Below, piece after piece: positions 30,141 through 42,526 of a stretch of DNA of 64,000 nt. The DNA lies in assembly GCA_963701855.1 (NCBI GenBank), contig CAVPBK010000006.1, positions 960,001 to 1,024,000 on the forward strand, written 5' to 3'. Under the pieces are notes generated by a model that was given only the letters and a program-made list of their open reading frames with translations, searched no databases and had not been told where the DNA came from. Made by a program: the position numbers and the translations under genes. The number at the start of each line of letters is the position of its first letter. The stretch's first letter is position 1. The stretch is from Nitrospirota bacterium. GTDB lineage: Bacteria > Nitrospirota > Nitrospiria > Nitrospirales > Nitrospiraceae.

Positions 30141-31568
30141 ATGCATGGAGGACTCGAAGACACGATCTGTGCTATTGCCACCCCCATAGGGGAGGGCGGC
30201 ATTGGAATTGTTCGCCTGAGTGGCCCTCAATCGCTTGTCGTCGCTTCCAGAGTTGTTCGCTTACGTTCTGGCCGTCCCCTCTCATCCGTTTCTTCACACA
30301 CGCTGTATCTTGCCGATCTTGTACTTCCTGCATTGAGCGGACAAAAAGATAACGGACCCGGTCTTGATCGGCCGTCCGTATCGGCCCTGCTCGATGAAGC
30401 GCTTGTGGTCTTCATGAAGGCTCCGCGGTCGTTTACGGCAGAGAACGTGATAGAGATTCAGTCTCATGGCGGGGCGTTGGTGCTCGGGATGGTTTGCAAA
30501 GTCTGTGTTGATTCCGGTGCACGGATGGCAGAACCCGGGGAGTTTACGAAACGGGCCTTTCTCAACGGACGGCTTGATCTCTCCCAGGCGGAAGCGGTGC
30601 TCGATACGATCAGGGCCACATCATCCGCTGGATTAAATATCGCACAACGCCAGCTAAGGGGCGATCTCGCTCGTGAGGTGGAGCAGGCTCGGGCCTCTCT
30701 CCTGACCGTGTTGGCCCAGATAGAGGCGGGAATCGATTTTGTGGACGAAGGTATTTCCTTTCTTCAACGCGATGAACTGGTGCGTATTGTGAGGGAGACA
30801 TGTGCGGTGGTTCAAAAGCTGGAAGCGACAGCGCAGGAGGGTCGGATCTTGCGCGAAGGAGCGCGCGTCGTCATCCTTGGCCGCCCGAATGTCGGAAAGT
30901 CCAGTTTGTTGAACCGTCTCCTGAGGGAAGAGCGTGCGATTGTGACGGCCATTCCTGGGACGACGAGGGATGTAATCGAGGAGTCCATCGATCTTAACGG
31001 GGTGTTGATTCATTTAGTTGATACGGCAGGAGTGCGGGAAACGGACGATATTGTCGAGCAGGAAGGAATCAAGCGGACGCGTATCGCACAGGGTGAGGCA
31101 GACTTCTTGCTCGTGGTAGTGGATGGAAGTGTGCCCCTCACGAGCGATGATCGGGAGCTCTTGAGTGCGGTCAAGGATTGCAAGCATGTGGTGGTGCTGA
31201 ACAAGGCCGATTTGGCCGATGAGGTCGCGTCGGATGCTGCACTTTCGGACCATTCTATATACAATATTTCTGCAAAAACAGGCTTAGGGATTGAGCGGGT
31301 GAAATCCGCTCTTCGCGCTCAGCTATTGCCCGGAGGCTTTGAGGCGACAGAGAGCGTCACGGTCACGAACGTGCGACACCGTGATGCGTTGCGACGGGCC
31401 GCTGAATCCTTGGGTCATGCGCTTGAGTCCGTGCGGCACGGGATGGCTGGGGAGCTTGTCTCGATCGATGTTCGCGCCGCCGCCGACGCACTCGGTGAGA
31501 TTACCGGCACCATTACGACGGACGAGATCCTTGGTCGGATCTTTTCAGAATTCTGTATCGGCAAGTAG
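30141..31568 (+). CDS. mnmE: tRNA modification GTPase MnmE
   Basis: DTICAIATP, GEFTKRAFLNGRLDLSQAEAV, GRPNVGKSS, DTAG, NKAD and FCIGK. Confidence 0.98.
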   Translation: MHGGLEDTICAIATPIGEGGIGIVRLSGPQSLVVASRVVRLRSGRPLSSVSSHTLYLADLVLPALSGQKDNGPGLDRPSVSALLDEALVVFMKAPRSFTAENVIEIQSHGGALVLGMVCKVCVDSGARMAEPGEFTKRAFLNGRLDLSQAEAVLDTIRATSSAGLNIAQRQLRGDLAREVEQARASLLTVLAQIEAGIDFVDEGISFLQRDELVRIVRETCAVVQKLEATAQEGRILREGARVVILGRPNVGKSSLLNRLLREERAIVTAIPGTTRDVIEESIDLNGVLIHLVDTAGVRETDDIVEQEGIKRTRIAQGEADFLLVVVDGSVPLTSDDRELLSAVKDCKHVVVLNKADLADEVASDAALSDHSIYNISAKTGLGIERVKSALRAQLLPGGFEATESVTVTNVRHRDALRRAAESLGHALESVRHGMAGELVSIDVRAAADALGEITGTITTDEILGRIFSEFCIGK

Positions 31569-31580
31569 GAAAGGTGGGCC

Positions 31581-33479
31581 GTGGGACAGACGGTCGACGT
31601 CATTGTGGTGGGCGGAGGTCATGCCGGTTGTGAAGCCGCTTTGGCCGCCGCACGCATGGGTGCGCGAACCTTGCTGTTCACGATGGATCGCGACCGAATC
31701 GCGCAGATGTCGTGTAACCCGGCGATCGGGGGAATTGCTAAAGGACATCTAGTAAAAGAAATCGATGCGCTGGGTGGGGAGATGGCGCGGAACACTGATC
31801 AAGCCGGCATCCAGTTCCGCTTTATCAACACGAGTAAAGGCCCGGCGGTGCGAGCCCTCCGTGTCCAATGCGACAAGAAGCTGTATCGAGACGCCATGCA
31901 ACGAACGTTGGGCCTGCAAGCAGGGCTGATGATCGGCGAAGGGACAGTCGATCGCTTGCTGACGCATGCCGGCGCTATTTCAGGCGTGGTGACGGACCGC
32001 GGCGATCACATACTGGCGAAGGCTGTAATTTTAACATCAGGCACATTCCTTAAGGGACTTATCCATATTGGCTTGAATCATTTTCCTGCGGGACGAGCCG
32101 GAGAGGCGTCCGCCGAGCACCTATCCGATTGTATGCGCGATCTGGGGTTCGAAGTGGGCCGGCTCAAAACCGGCACACCTCCTCGCTTGGATGGAACGAC
32201 TATCGATTTTTCCGTGATGATGCCGCAGCCTGGCGATGATCCACCGCCGCCATTTTCGTATCGGACCTGCCGAATTGAGAACCGGCAACTCCCCTGTCAT
32301 TTGACCCATACCAACCACGCGACGCACGAGTTGATCCAGCGCAATCTGGATCGGTCGCCGCTCTACAGTGGGATAATTGAGTCAGTGGGGCCGCGGTATT
32401 GTCCGTCGATCGAAGATAAAGTCGTACGCTTTGCGGATAAAGAACGGCATCAAATCTTTATCGAGCCTGAAGGGTTAGATAGTCGAGAATTTTATCCCAA
32501 CGGGATATCCACCAGCCTGCCAGTTGATGTACAGGCCGCGATGCTAAAGACGATTCCCGGGTTGGAACAAGCCAACATGCTCAAACCTGGGTACGCGATT
32601 GAGTACGATTATTTTCCCCCGCGGCAATTGCATCCGACTCTAGAGACCAAGCTTCTTGACGGTCTATACCATGCGGGACAGATCAATGGGACATCTGGAT
32701 ATGAAGAAGCCGCCGCGCAGGGTCTGATGGCTGGGATCAATGCAGTGCTGAGGCTTCGAGGCAAGTTGCCATTAGTACTCGATCGATCGCAGGCTTATAT
32801 TGGTGTTTTAATTGATGACCTCATTACAAAAGACGCTCGTGAACCCTACCGCATGTTTACATCGAGGGCAGAATACCGCCTATTATTACGTCATGGAAAT
32901 GCCGATCTTCGGCTAACTGATGTTGGGCGGCAGGTTGGATTGATTTGCGATGAAATCTATGAAAAGTTTAAGTTTAAACAGAAAGCAATTGAATCTGAGC
33001 TCGTGCGCCTCGAAGAGATTCGACCAAAACTCACGGAAGCTGTTCGTGAACGCCTAATTAAGATTCAGATTGAGGAAGTCTCGGGGCCTTGCACCGTAGC
33101 TCAACTTTTGCGGCGTCAAGGGACGAGCTATAAAGCTCTATTGGATGCACTTGGGGTTAGCGCATTGCAAGACATTGAAACTGCAGATGAAGTAGAGATT
33201 CAAGTCAAATACGCAGGTTATATCAAGCGCCAACTTCAACAGATAGGCCGATTCAAAAAACTTGAAACGAAGCCCATTCCAGTAGCTTTCAGTTATGATG
33301 GGACTCTTGGTTTTTCGCGAGAAGTCTGTGAAAAATTAAAAAAGGTTCGCCCTGCGTCTATTGGCCAGGCATCGAGAATTTCAGGCGTCACACCAGCAGC
33401 CATTTCGCTTCTCCTTGTAGCGCTCGAAAAGTACAAGGACGAATCAAGCCGTGATAACCTTCAACAAGTTTCATCCTAG
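31581..33479 (+). CDS. mnmG: tRNA uridine modification enzyme MnmG (GidA)
   Basis: [30 protein letters not shown] and [16 protein letters not shown]. Confidence 0.99.
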   Translation: MGQTVDVIVVGGGHAGCEAALAAARMGARTLLFTMDRDRIAQMSCNPAIGGIAKGHLVKEIDALGGEMARNTDQAGIQFRFINTSKGPAVRALRVQCDKKLYRDAMQRTLGLQAGLMIGEGTVDRLLTHAGAISGVVTDRGDHILAKAVILTSGTFLKGLIHIGLNHFPAGRAGEASAEHLSDCMRDLGFEVGRLKTGTPPRLDGTTIDFSVMMPQPGDDPPPPFSYRTCRIENRQLPCHLTHTNHATHELIQRNLDRSPLYSGIIESVGPRYCPSIEDKVVRFADKERHQIFIEPEGLDSREFYPNGISTSLPVDVQAAMLKTIPGLEQANMLKPGYAIEYDYFPPRQLHPTLETKLLDGLYHAGQINGTSGYEEAAAQGLMAGINAVLRLRGKLPLVLDRSQAYIGVLIDDLITKDAREPYRMFTSRAEYRLLLRHGNADLRLTDVGRQVGLICDEIYEKFKFKQKAIESELVRLEEIRPKLTEAVRERLIKIQIEEVSGPCTVAQLLRRQGTSYKALLDALGVSALQDIETADEVEIQVKYAGYIKRQLQQIGRFKKLETKPIPVAFSYDGTLGFSREVCEKLKKVRPASIGQASRISGVTPAAISLLLVALEKYKDESSRDNLQQVSS

Positions 33480-33545
33480 ACAAGCAAGCGCAGAAACTTC
33501 CTTTCCGTTCAGGAATGTCTTGACCTCATCTGCTGATTCACGTAA

Positions 33546-34226
33546 TTGTTCCACGTGGAACATGAATCAGAATTGCGGGAATTCATGGTTAGCTCTGCAA
33601 GTGAACTTGGGCTAACAATCGGAGAAATCCATGTGGAGCAGTTCATGCGCTATCTTACTCATCTCATTGAGTGGAATAAGGCGATTAATCTCACAGCGAT
33701 CATTAATCCCAAGGAAATCATCATCAAACACTTCGTTGACTCACTCGGTGCGCTTATCGCGACAAGCTTTCCGAAAAATGGCGTAGTCCTCGATGTAGGG
33801 TCTGGGGGAGGGTTTCCTGGTATCCCTCTTAAAATAGTAAGATCTGACATGCGCCTGATCCTAGTAGAGCCAGTTCAGAAAAAATGCTCCTTCCTTAACT
33901 CAGTAATCGGCCTGTTAAAACTTCATGATGTATCTACTTTTGATGGCACCATCGAACAATATGCCAAATGGCCGCTCCGCCATGTCATTGATACGGTTGT
34001 GGTAAGGGCCTTGAAATATGAAGAAATAAGGAAATACATTCGTGAATTGTTGATTTCAAATGGAAAAATAGTCTTGTATCGAACAGGGGCCATCAAAAAA
34101 CAAGAAATTGGAGAAGAGTTTCAAATTGTAAACGAAACAGCCATTACCCTCCCGCAGGGGTATGGCAAGAGGATTTTCTCGGTGATTGAGAGAAGAAATT
34201 TTAAAAATAATCAATTGCAAATGTGA
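33546..34226 (+). CDS. rsmG: 16S rRNA m7G527 methyltransferase (start uncertain)
   Basis: WNKAINLTAI, HFVDSL and LDVGSGGGFPGIPL. Confidence 0.93.
   Translation: MFHVEHESELREFMVSSASELGLTIGEIHVEQFMRYLTHLIEWNKAINLTAIINPKEIIIKHFVDSLGALIATSFPKNGVVLDVGSGGGFPGIPLKIVRSDMRLILVEPVQKKCSFLNSVIGLLKLHDVSTFDGTIEQYAKWPLRHVIDTVVVRALKYEEIRKYIRELLISNGKIVLYRTGAIKKQEIGEEFQIVNETAITLPQGYGKRIFSVIERRNFKNNQLQM
33547..33562. promoter_or_regulatory. parS: parS centromere site 1
   Basis: Perfect palindrome TGTTCCACGTGGAACA. Confidence 0.92.
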
Positions 34227-34227
34227 A

Positions 34228-34243
34228 TGTTCCACGTGGAACA
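34228..34243. promoter_or_regulatory. parS: parS centromere site 2
   Basis: Identical palindrome TGTTCCACGTGGAACA, 42 nt upstream of parA. Confidence 0.92.
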
Positions 34244-34285
34244 TTGTTAATGAACGCGTGAATGAATGATTAATTCAACCTTTAT

Positions 34286-35062
34286 ATGGCAAAGATTGTA
34301 GCGATTGCAAATCAGAAGGGTGGTGTGGGAAAGACTACAACCGCCGTGAATCTTTCCGCTGGTGTCGCACTCCTTGGTAAGCGCGTCTTGCTTGTGGATA
34401 TTGATCCGCAAGGAAACGCCACGAGCGGATTAGGAGTTGACCCCCGTTCCTTACAGACTACCGTATATAACTGCCTAATTAATTATGTGAAATTTCATGA
34501 CGCTGTGCAAGTCACAGAAGTGAACGGTTTGTCGCTTTTGCCGGCAAATGCTGATTTGTCTGGGGCAGAAATCGAGCTAGTGAACGTTGAAGAGCGGGAA
34601 AAATTGCTTCGGAATTTCTTGCGAGATGTTGATCAGTTATTCGACGTGATTTTTCTCGACTGTCCTCCTACCTTGGGGATTCTGACGGTGAATGCACTCG
34701 TTGCAGCTCGCAGCGTTTTAGTCCCGGTTCAATGTGAATACTATGCCATGGAAGGGTTAAGTCGGTTGGTTGGAAACATCGATCGAGTTCGTCAGTCATT
34801 TAATCCCGAGCTCCAATTGGAAGGGATCGTCTTGACAATGTTCGACGCACGGAATACGTTGGCACGTCAAGTTGCAGAGCAAGTTCGCGAGCATTTCAAA
34901 GAGGTCGTCTACAGCACCGTAATCCCCCGCAATGTCACACTGGCGGAGGCTCCAAGTTACGGACGTCCGGCCATGTTATATAACGTCGCATCAGCAGGAT
35001 CTCAGGCCTATTTGTCCTTAGCCAAGGAGTTTGTGAGCCATGGAGAAAAAAGCGCTCGGTAG
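34286..35062 (+). CDS. parA: Chromosome partitioning ATPase ParA/Soj
   Basis: NQKGGVGKTTT, DIDPQGNATSG, DCPP and LAEAPSYG. Confidence 0.97.
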   Translation: MAKIVAIANQKGGVGKTTTAVNLSAGVALLGKRVLLVDIDPQGNATSGLGVDPRSLQTTVYNCLINYVKFHDAVQVTEVNGLSLLPANADLSGAEIELVNVEEREKLLRNFLRDVDQLFDVIFLDCPPTLGILTVNALVAARSVLVPVQCEYYAMEGLSRLVGNIDRVRQSFNPELQLEGIVLTMFDARNTLARQVAEQVREHFKEVVYSTVIPRNVTLAEAPSYGRPAMLYNVASAGSQAYLSLAKEFVSHGEKSAR

Positions 35063-35888
35063 AGGACTCGACGCATTGCTGCCTGCAATCAAACCCGTGC
35101 CGATGCCGGAGCTGCCTGAAGTCCAACTTCTGCGGGTCGATGCCATCGTGCCGAATCGGTATCAGCCGAGACAAACATTCTCTCCTCATGAGCTGGCAGA
35201 ACTTACAGCCTCATTGAAGCAAAATGGATTGCTGCAGCCAATATTAGTTCGCCGCAAAGGCGACGGAATCTACGAACTCATCTCCGGTGAACGGCGTTGG
35301 CGCGCGTCAAAAGAGGCGGGACTGGAAACGATTCAAGCCGTCATTCGTAATTGCGGAGACGAAGAGTCTGTCGTCCTGGCACTGATAGAAAATCTTCAAC
35401 GCGAAGATCTTAATCCAATGGAAATGGCTAGGGCCTATCATCGGATGATGAACGAATTTGGACTCACTCAGGACATAATTGCGCGACGAGTTGACTGCGA
35501 TCGGTCGTCGATTGCCAATATTGTACGTCTTATCAATCTTCCTCTAGAGATCCAACAGCTCATTGAAACCGATAAAATCTCTATGGGACATGCAAAAGTA
35601 ATTCTCGGTCTTCCTGACCAGAATAACCAGCTTAGAGTCGCCCAGCTGGTGGTCTCAAAAGCCTTATCGGTGAGAGAGACGGAAAAACTCTTAGAATCAT
35701 CACCAGCCGCAAAGAGGCGAGGGGCAAAGGAATTACGACGAACACCATGGTCTGATGTTGAAGAACGATTGCAAAAACGATTCGGCACCAAAGTCGTGAT
35801 CCAAAAAGGAAGACGGGGAGGAAAAATCGTCATTCATTTTTTTTCTTCGCCCGAACTCGATGGAATTCTCGAGACGCTTCTTAACTAA
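35040..35888 (+). CDS. parB: Chromosome partitioning protein ParB/Spo0J
   Basis: LGRGLDALL, QPR, GERRWRA and ENLQREDL. Confidence 0.97.
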   Translation: MEKKALGRGLDALLPAIKPVPMPELPEVQLLRVDAIVPNRYQPRQTFSPHELAELTASLKQNGLLQPILVRRKGDGIYELISGERRWRASKEAGLETIQAVIRNCGDEESVVLALIENLQREDLNPMEMARAYHRMMNEFGLTQDIIARRVDCDRSSIANIVRLINLPLEIQQLIETDKISMGHAKVILGLPDQNNQLRVAQLVVSKALSVRETEKLLESSPAAKRRGAKELRRTPWSDVEERLQKRFGTKVVIQKGRRGGKIVIHFFSSPELDGILETLLN

Positions 35889-36046
35889 TCCGGACCATAC
35901 CCCTGTCTCCCAGACATCATAAGAGGTGGAGGTATACTTGTTGCTTCTACGTATTCGTAACCATGCTCCTTCTGATCGATTACTTTCCATAACCGCATCA
36001 CAACTGCGATGAAATAGTGGAATTGCCGACTCAAGGAGACACATTC

Positions 36047-36541
36047 ATGTGGGGGCAGGAAAAAAAAGAAGAGATGAACTCACCCGAGCAGGGAGGCGAA
36101 AAGGTGACCATAGTCGCTGCCAGCTCAATTGCCGACGGGGCCGGAGATATTAACGCCTTTGTGGGAAAGGGCGTTGAGTTCAAAGGCACGATCTCCTATA
36201 GTGGAACGGTAAGAATCGATGGATATCTCGACGGAGAAATTCATACTGATGGCATGCTAATCGTCGGTGAAGATGCTATCATCCAGGCAAAAATCACCGC
36301 TGGGACGATTGTGTCTAAAGGAAAGATCACCGGGGAAGTCGTTGCAAAAGAGTGCATCAAGCTCCGAGCCCCGGCCGTCATGAATGGGAACGTCAAGTCG
36401 CCGGTCCTTTCAATGGAAGATGGGGTTCTGTTCAATGGTGCACTTGAAATGGCTCACGGCGTGCGTGAGCTCCCTCGAGACACCTCTCTACATCCCGTCG
36501 GATTGATCATGCCCCCTGGCATTAAACGAGCCAATGGTTAG
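36047..36541 (+). CDS. Bactofilin (polymer-forming cytoskeletal protein) 1
   Basis: VGKGVEFKGTI...VRIDG...G.I beta-helix repeats and EDGVLFNG. AAGGAG RBS. Confidence 0.88.
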   Translation: MWGQEKKEEMNSPEQGGEKVTIVAASSIADGAGDINAFVGKGVEFKGTISYSGTVRIDGYLDGEIHTDGMLIVGEDAIIQAKITAGTIVSKGKITGEVVAKECIKLRAPAVMNGNVKSPVLSMEDGVLFNGALEMAHGVRELPRDTSLHPVGLIMPPGIKRANG

Positions 36542-36616
36542 GGGAAAATATTAACATTTAGGTATTTATCCTGCACATTGTTGATGCGGGAGGATATTTT
36601 TAGGGGGGGGGCGACC

Positions 36617-37042
36617 ATGTGGGCAACGAAAGACCGGGGCCATCAAGCCGAACAGAGCAGCGATAATATTACGCTCCTGGGGAAGGGTGTGGACTTCAAG
36701 GGCGTCGTGAGTTTTGATGGCACCGTCCGGATTGATGGACACGTTGATGGCGAGATATATATAACCGGAACGTTAATTGTTGGAGAGCACGCCGTGATCG
36801 AGGGCATCGTGTCAGCTGGTGTGCTTATGAATAGCGGCAAGATCAATGGTACCATCACTGCCATTGAAAAGATTCATATTCTTAAGCCCGGAGTTCTTGT
36901 CGGCGATATCCGAACCCCAGTCATTGCGATCGAAGAAGGCTCTCGCTTCCATGGCATGTGTGACATGGGTGCGCATCATTGGAGCGGCGAACGCGCCCTC
37001 TCGGTCAACGTGGCTCCAAGCCTTGTTGCATCCGCCCATTAG
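36617..37042 (+). CDS. Bactofilin 2
   Basis: LGKGVDFKGVV...VRIDG and IEEGSRFHG; paralog of the upstream gene. Confidence 0.88.
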   Translation: MWATKDRGHQAEQSSDNITLLGKGVDFKGVVSFDGTVRIDGHVDGEIYITGTLIVGEHAVIEGIVSAGVLMNSGKINGTITAIEKIHILKPGVLVGDIRTPVIAIEEGSRFHGMCDMGAHHWSGERALSVNVAPSLVASAH

Positions 37043-37098
37043 CTGCAGGGAACAACCCTCTAGCCCTTTTCCTGTCTCCTCAGTACAATAGCGACTAT

Positions 37099-38181
37099 AT
37101 GGTTCGCCCTACAGTTCTCCTTGGCATGAGCGGTGGAGTGGATAGCTCTGTCGCCGCAGCGCTCCTGGTTCGCCAGGGTTACGACGTTCATGGCGTCACG
37201 CTTCAGGTCTGGGAGCATGAAGACGAAACAGTCGCGGTCTCTAAGCGCTGGGAAGAACGTGGCTGCTGTAAAGTCGGTATTGCTCGGTACGTCGCGCAGA
37301 CTTTGAGAATTCCGCATGAGGTGATCGACACCAGAGAGACCTTTCGTGCCGGCGTGATCGACGATTTTGTTGCCGGCTACCTCGAAGGCACAACGCCCAA
37401 CCCCTGTGTCCGATGCAATGAGCGCGTCAAACTTCGGAGTCTCTTAGAGCTTGCCGATGCACGGAGGGTCGATTTTGTCGCCACTGGCCACTATGCTCGC
37501 CTCGGGGAATCCGATGGGCTGCCGACTCTCCAGCGAGCAGCCGATTCCAAGAAAGATCAAAGCTATTTCCTTTATCGGCTTCGTCAGTCATGGCTCAGTC
37601 GCCTTATTTTTCCTGTGGGTGGCATGCAGAAGACGGACGTCTGGATGGAAGCAGAGACCTTGGGCCTTCCCACAGATGAATTGAAGGAAAGCCAAGAAAT
37701 CTGTTTCGTGAGCCACGGCGATTATCGAACCTTTATCGAGAAGGAAGCGCCTGCAGCCAAGAAGCCAGGGGCCTTTGTGGACGATGAAGGACGATATTTA
37801 GGTAACCATGATGGGGTTGCCTTTTATACGCCAGGCCAACGACGAGGCCTCGGCATATCGGCTGGCCGCAGACTCTATGTTCAACAAGTACAGCCTGCGA
37901 CCAATACTGTCGTCCTTGGAGCAGAAGAATCTCTGCGTCGCGGTCAATGCGATGTCGCGGATCTAAATCTCTTTGATTCCTCGCTGCTTAGTGGATCAAC
38001 GGACGTCGAGGTTAAAGTCCGGCATGCAACACCTGCCACGCCTGCGACCGTCCAATCTCGCTCAGACGGTACTCTCCATATTGTCTTTGGTGAGCCACAA
38101 CGCGCATTAAGCCCGGGACAATCGGCCGTTTTCTATCGAAACGACCGCGTGCTGGGCGGCGGCATCATCCAATCACTCTAA
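37099..38181 (+). CDS. mnmA: tRNA 2-thiouridylase MnmA
   Basis: MSGGVDSS, PNPCVRCN, ATGHYA, KDQSYFL, ESQEICF and PGQSAVFY. Confidence 0.97.
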   Translation: MVRPTVLLGMSGGVDSSVAAALLVRQGYDVHGVTLQVWEHEDETVAVSKRWEERGCCKVGIARYVAQTLRIPHEVIDTRETFRAGVIDDFVAGYLEGTTPNPCVRCNERVKLRSLLELADARRVDFVATGHYARLGESDGLPTLQRAADSKKDQSYFLYRLRQSWLSRLIFPVGGMQKTDVWMEAETLGLPTDELKESQEICFVSHGDYRTFIEKEAPAAKKPGAFVDDEGRYLGNHDGVAFYTPGQRRGLGISAGRRLYVQQVQPATNTVVLGAEESLRRGQCDVADLNLFDSSLLSGSTDVEVKVRHATPATPATVQSRSDGTLHIVFGEPQRALSPGQSAVFYRNDRVLGGGIIQSL

Positions 38182-38182
38182 C

Positions 38183-38303
38183 AGGATACTGAAAAAGTCA
38201 CTCTTCTCACCCGCTCGGCCCCTGCGCGCCGAGACGTGCCTTTTCCCATGCGGCATTCCCACTTCGCTCAGAGGCCTTGCTGGACGACATTTTTGAGCAT
38301 CCT
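38183..38303. mobile_element. MITE-like element (~120 bp)
   Basis: Terminal inverted repeats AGGATACTGAAAAA and TTTTTGAGCATCCT (12/14 match); no coding capacity. Confidence 0.65.
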
Positions 38304-38417
38304 ACGCGATATTTTTCTATTACTTTTTATTACCTTCAACGTGTGGACCATTAAGTTTCTACCGTACCACTATAGTTTGTTCAGACTCCTAGTTTCGTCA
38401 TCATCCACACCGTCATA

Positions 38418-38447
38418 TTGACAGCCCTCCTCCGCCAATGCTAGCTT
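38418..38447 (+). promoter_or_regulatory. Putative sigma70 promoter of the atp operon
   Basis: TTGACA-18 nt-TAGCTT, with extended -10 TG. Confidence 0.55.
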
Positions 38448-38519
38448 GTCGCGCCGCTTTTCGTGCGAGCCACGAAGGCTTCTATCTTTGTCAAAATAAA
38501 GAGTGAACGGACCTCTATA

Positions 38520-39059
38520 GTGATTAAGAAAGCAGTGGCGCGACGTTATGCACAGGCATTATTCGAGCTACTCGACCAAACCACCATTGAACAAACCCGC
38601 GTGGCCTTAACGGGGTTGGGTCAAGCGATCAAGGATTCGGTCGCATTGCGCCATGTTGTGGCCTCACCGGTTTTTGGCGTCGAAGACAAAATTGCCGTCC
38701 TTGCAGAACTCGGTTCACGTTTGGGGTGCCCCCCAGTCGGAAAAACATTTCTCGAACAGTTAGTGAAGAAAAATCGCGTCGGCTTTCTCCCTGAAATCGC
38801 CGAGGCCTTCGCGAAACTTGCCGACGCGTCGAAAGGCACCCAGCAAGTCACCGTATTCTCCGCGATTGCCATACCTCAGGACGAACAAGGTCAAATCAGC
38901 AATCGCTTGCGCACAATACTCAAGCGCCAAGTCGATGTCACCTTTCACACGGATGCCCGCTATCTCGCCGGCATGCAGATCCGTCTCGGCAACACCGTGG
39001 TCGATAGCACCGTGCTGGGGCGGCTACAAGCAATGCGGAGTTTGTTGACTAAGGAGTAG
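38520..39059 (+). CDS. atpH: F1 ATP synthase subunit delta
   Basis: [23 protein letters not shown]; directly upstream of atpA. Confidence 0.92.
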   Translation: MIKKAVARRYAQALFELLDQTTIEQTRVALTGLGQAIKDSVALRHVVASPVFGVEDKIAVLAELGSRLGCPPVGKTFLEQLVKKNRVGFLPEIAEAFAKLADASKGTQQVTVFSAIAIPQDEQGQISNRLRTILKRQVDVTFHTDARYLAGMQIRLGNTVVDSTVLGRLQAMRSLLTKE

Positions 39060-39061
39060 CT

Positions 39062-40579
39062 ATGCAGATCAAGGCAGAAGAAATCAGTTCGATTATCAAA
39101 GAGAAAATCAAAGGCTTCGACAAACAAGTCGATGTCAAGGAAACGGGTTCGGTCATTCAGGTTGGAGACGGCATTGCCAAAGTCTATGGTCTTGACGGCG
39201 CAATGGCCGGCGAAATGCTCGAATTCCCCGGCGGTCTCTACGGGATCGCGCTGAATCTTGAAGAAGACAATGTCGGCGCCGTACTCATGGGCGATGATGT
39301 CGGAGTCAAGGAAGGCGATCCGGTCAAGCGCACGGGACGTATTGCGGAGATTCCGGTCGGCGAAGCATTGCTCGGTCGTGTGGTGAACGCGATTGGGCAA
39401 CCTATCGATGGAAAGGGCCCGATCAAATCGTCGCTCTCGTCCCGCATAGAAGTCACTGCACCAGGGGTGAATACACGTCAGTCGGTGCGCGAACCCCTGC
39501 AAACGGGTATCAAGGCCATCGACGCCATGATTCCCATTGGCCGCGGGCAGCGTGAGTTGATTATCGGCGACCGGCAGACCGGCAAAACCGCCATTGCCGT
39601 CGATACGATTATCAACCAAAAGGGCCTCAACGTCTTTTGTATCTATGTCGCCATCGGCCAGAAACGGTCAACCGTGGCACGAGTCGTCAAAACTCTCGAA
39701 GAGACCCACGCGATGGATTACAGCATCGTGGTGGCGGCCACCGCGAGCGATGCGGCTCCCATGCAGTACCTTGCGCCTTTCTCCGGTGCAGCCATCGGCG
39801 AGTACTTCCGGGATAACGGCAAACATGCGTTGATCGTTTATGACGATCTCTCCAAGCACGCCGTGGCCTATCGTCAGTTATCGTTGTTGCTACGTCGCCC
39901 TCCAGGCCGCGAAGCTTATCCGGGCGACGTGTTCTATCTGCACTCCCGGTTGTTGGAGCGTGCAGCCAAACTCAGCGACAAACTCGGCGGTGGAAGCCTC
40001 ACGGCACTGCCGATCATTGAAACACAAGCCGGTGACGTGTCCGCCTACATTCCGACCAACGTCATTTCGATCACCGACGGGCAGATCTATCTTGCCAGTG
40101 ATCTGTTCTACTCCGGTATTCGTCCCGCGATTAACGTGGGTCTGTCGGTCTCCCGCGTCGGGGGTTCGGCCCAGATCAAAACCATGAAGCAAGTGGCTGG
40201 CACCCTTCGGCTCGACCTCGCGCAGTACCGAGAAATGGCCGCGTTCTCCCAATTCGGCAGCGAGCTCGACAAATCGACACAGAGGCAGCTTGCGCGCGGC
40301 GTTCGAATGGTGGAGTTGCTTAAGCAGGGGCAATACAAACCGATGCCGGTCGCCGATCAAGTGCTGTCGATATACGCAGGTGTCAACGGATACCTGGATG
40401 ATGTACCCGTCGATTCAGTGCTCCAGTTCGAATCCGATCTGCTGCACTACGTCCAGCAGAACCATCCCGAGTTAAAAAAGGAAATCGCGAGCATCGGGAA
40501 AATCGACGACGCGGTCGCCGGAAGAATGAAAGAGATTATCACGACCTTTAAACAAAAGATGGGGTTCGGCGCCAAGTAG
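39062..40579 (+). CDS. atpA: F1 ATP synthase subunit alpha
   Basis: GDRQTGKT and [23 protein letters not shown]. Confidence 0.99.
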   Translation: MQIKAEEISSIIKEKIKGFDKQVDVKETGSVIQVGDGIAKVYGLDGAMAGEMLEFPGGLYGIALNLEEDNVGAVLMGDDVGVKEGDPVKRTGRIAEIPVGEALLGRVVNAIGQPIDGKGPIKSSLSSRIEVTAPGVNTRQSVREPLQTGIKAIDAMIPIGRGQRELIIGDRQTGKTAIAVDTIINQKGLNVFCIYVAIGQKRSTVARVVKTLEETHAMDYSIVVAATASDAAPMQYLAPFSGAAIGEYFRDNGKHALIVYDDLSKHAVAYRQLSLLLRRPPGREAYPGDVFYLHSRLLERAAKLSDKLGGGSLTALPIIETQAGDVSAYIPTNVISITDGQIYLASDLFYSGIRPAINVGLSVSRVGGSAQIKTMKQVAGTLRLDLAQYREMAAFSQFGSELDKSTQRQLARGVRMVELLKQGQYKPMPVADQVLSIYAGVNGYLDDVPVDSVLQFESDLLHYVQQNHPELKKEIASIGKIDDAVAGRMKEIITTFKQKMGFGAK

Positions 40580-40643
40580 CCATCAACGCGGCGACGGTGG
40601 CCTTCGGCTTAGAGTTGAAGACCAATTACCGAACGAAGCAACA

Positions 40644-40881
40644 ATGCCGCGTCTTTAATCGCTACGCCTTGAAATTGCTCGTTTAAGAATAGACAAAATA
40701 TTACCAAGGCCCTGAAGATGGCGGCGGCGGAATATGGCGCCCGGATGGGGCCGGTGGACGGCGCGACGAGGAACGCAGGACAACTGATCAAGAAAGTGAC
40801 CTGCTTTACAACAAGACCCGTCAGACCGCCATTACCAAAGAATTGATGGACATCGTCGGCGGTGCAGAGACGCTACGGTAG
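40644..40881 (+). pseudogene. atpG: F1 ATP synthase subunit gamma, remnant with large internal deletion and frameshifts
   Basis: SFKNRQNITKALKMAAA is fused directly to EYGARMGPVDGATRNAGQLIKKV, then frameshift to LLYNKTRQTAITKELMDIVGGAETLR*. Only 238 nt remain. Confidence 0.92.
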
Positions 40882-40906
40882 ATTGGAAGTTTTGAGCGCT
40901 GAGTAA

Positions 40907-42418
<1,512 letters not shown>

Positions 42419-42429
42419 GCAGCGCGGGT

Positions 42430-42475
42430 GCTCGCAGACCGCGCATGATGAAACAATGCTCGGTCGATGCGCGCA
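42430..42475 (+). repeat. Dispersed 46-bp intergenic repeat, copy 2
   Basis: 39/46 identical to 1818..1863. Confidence 0.75.
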
Positions 42476-42526
42476 CGTCAGAGCATCCGGCCTGTTTACA
42501 CCTTTTGATGAGCACGTAGGAGAGAT

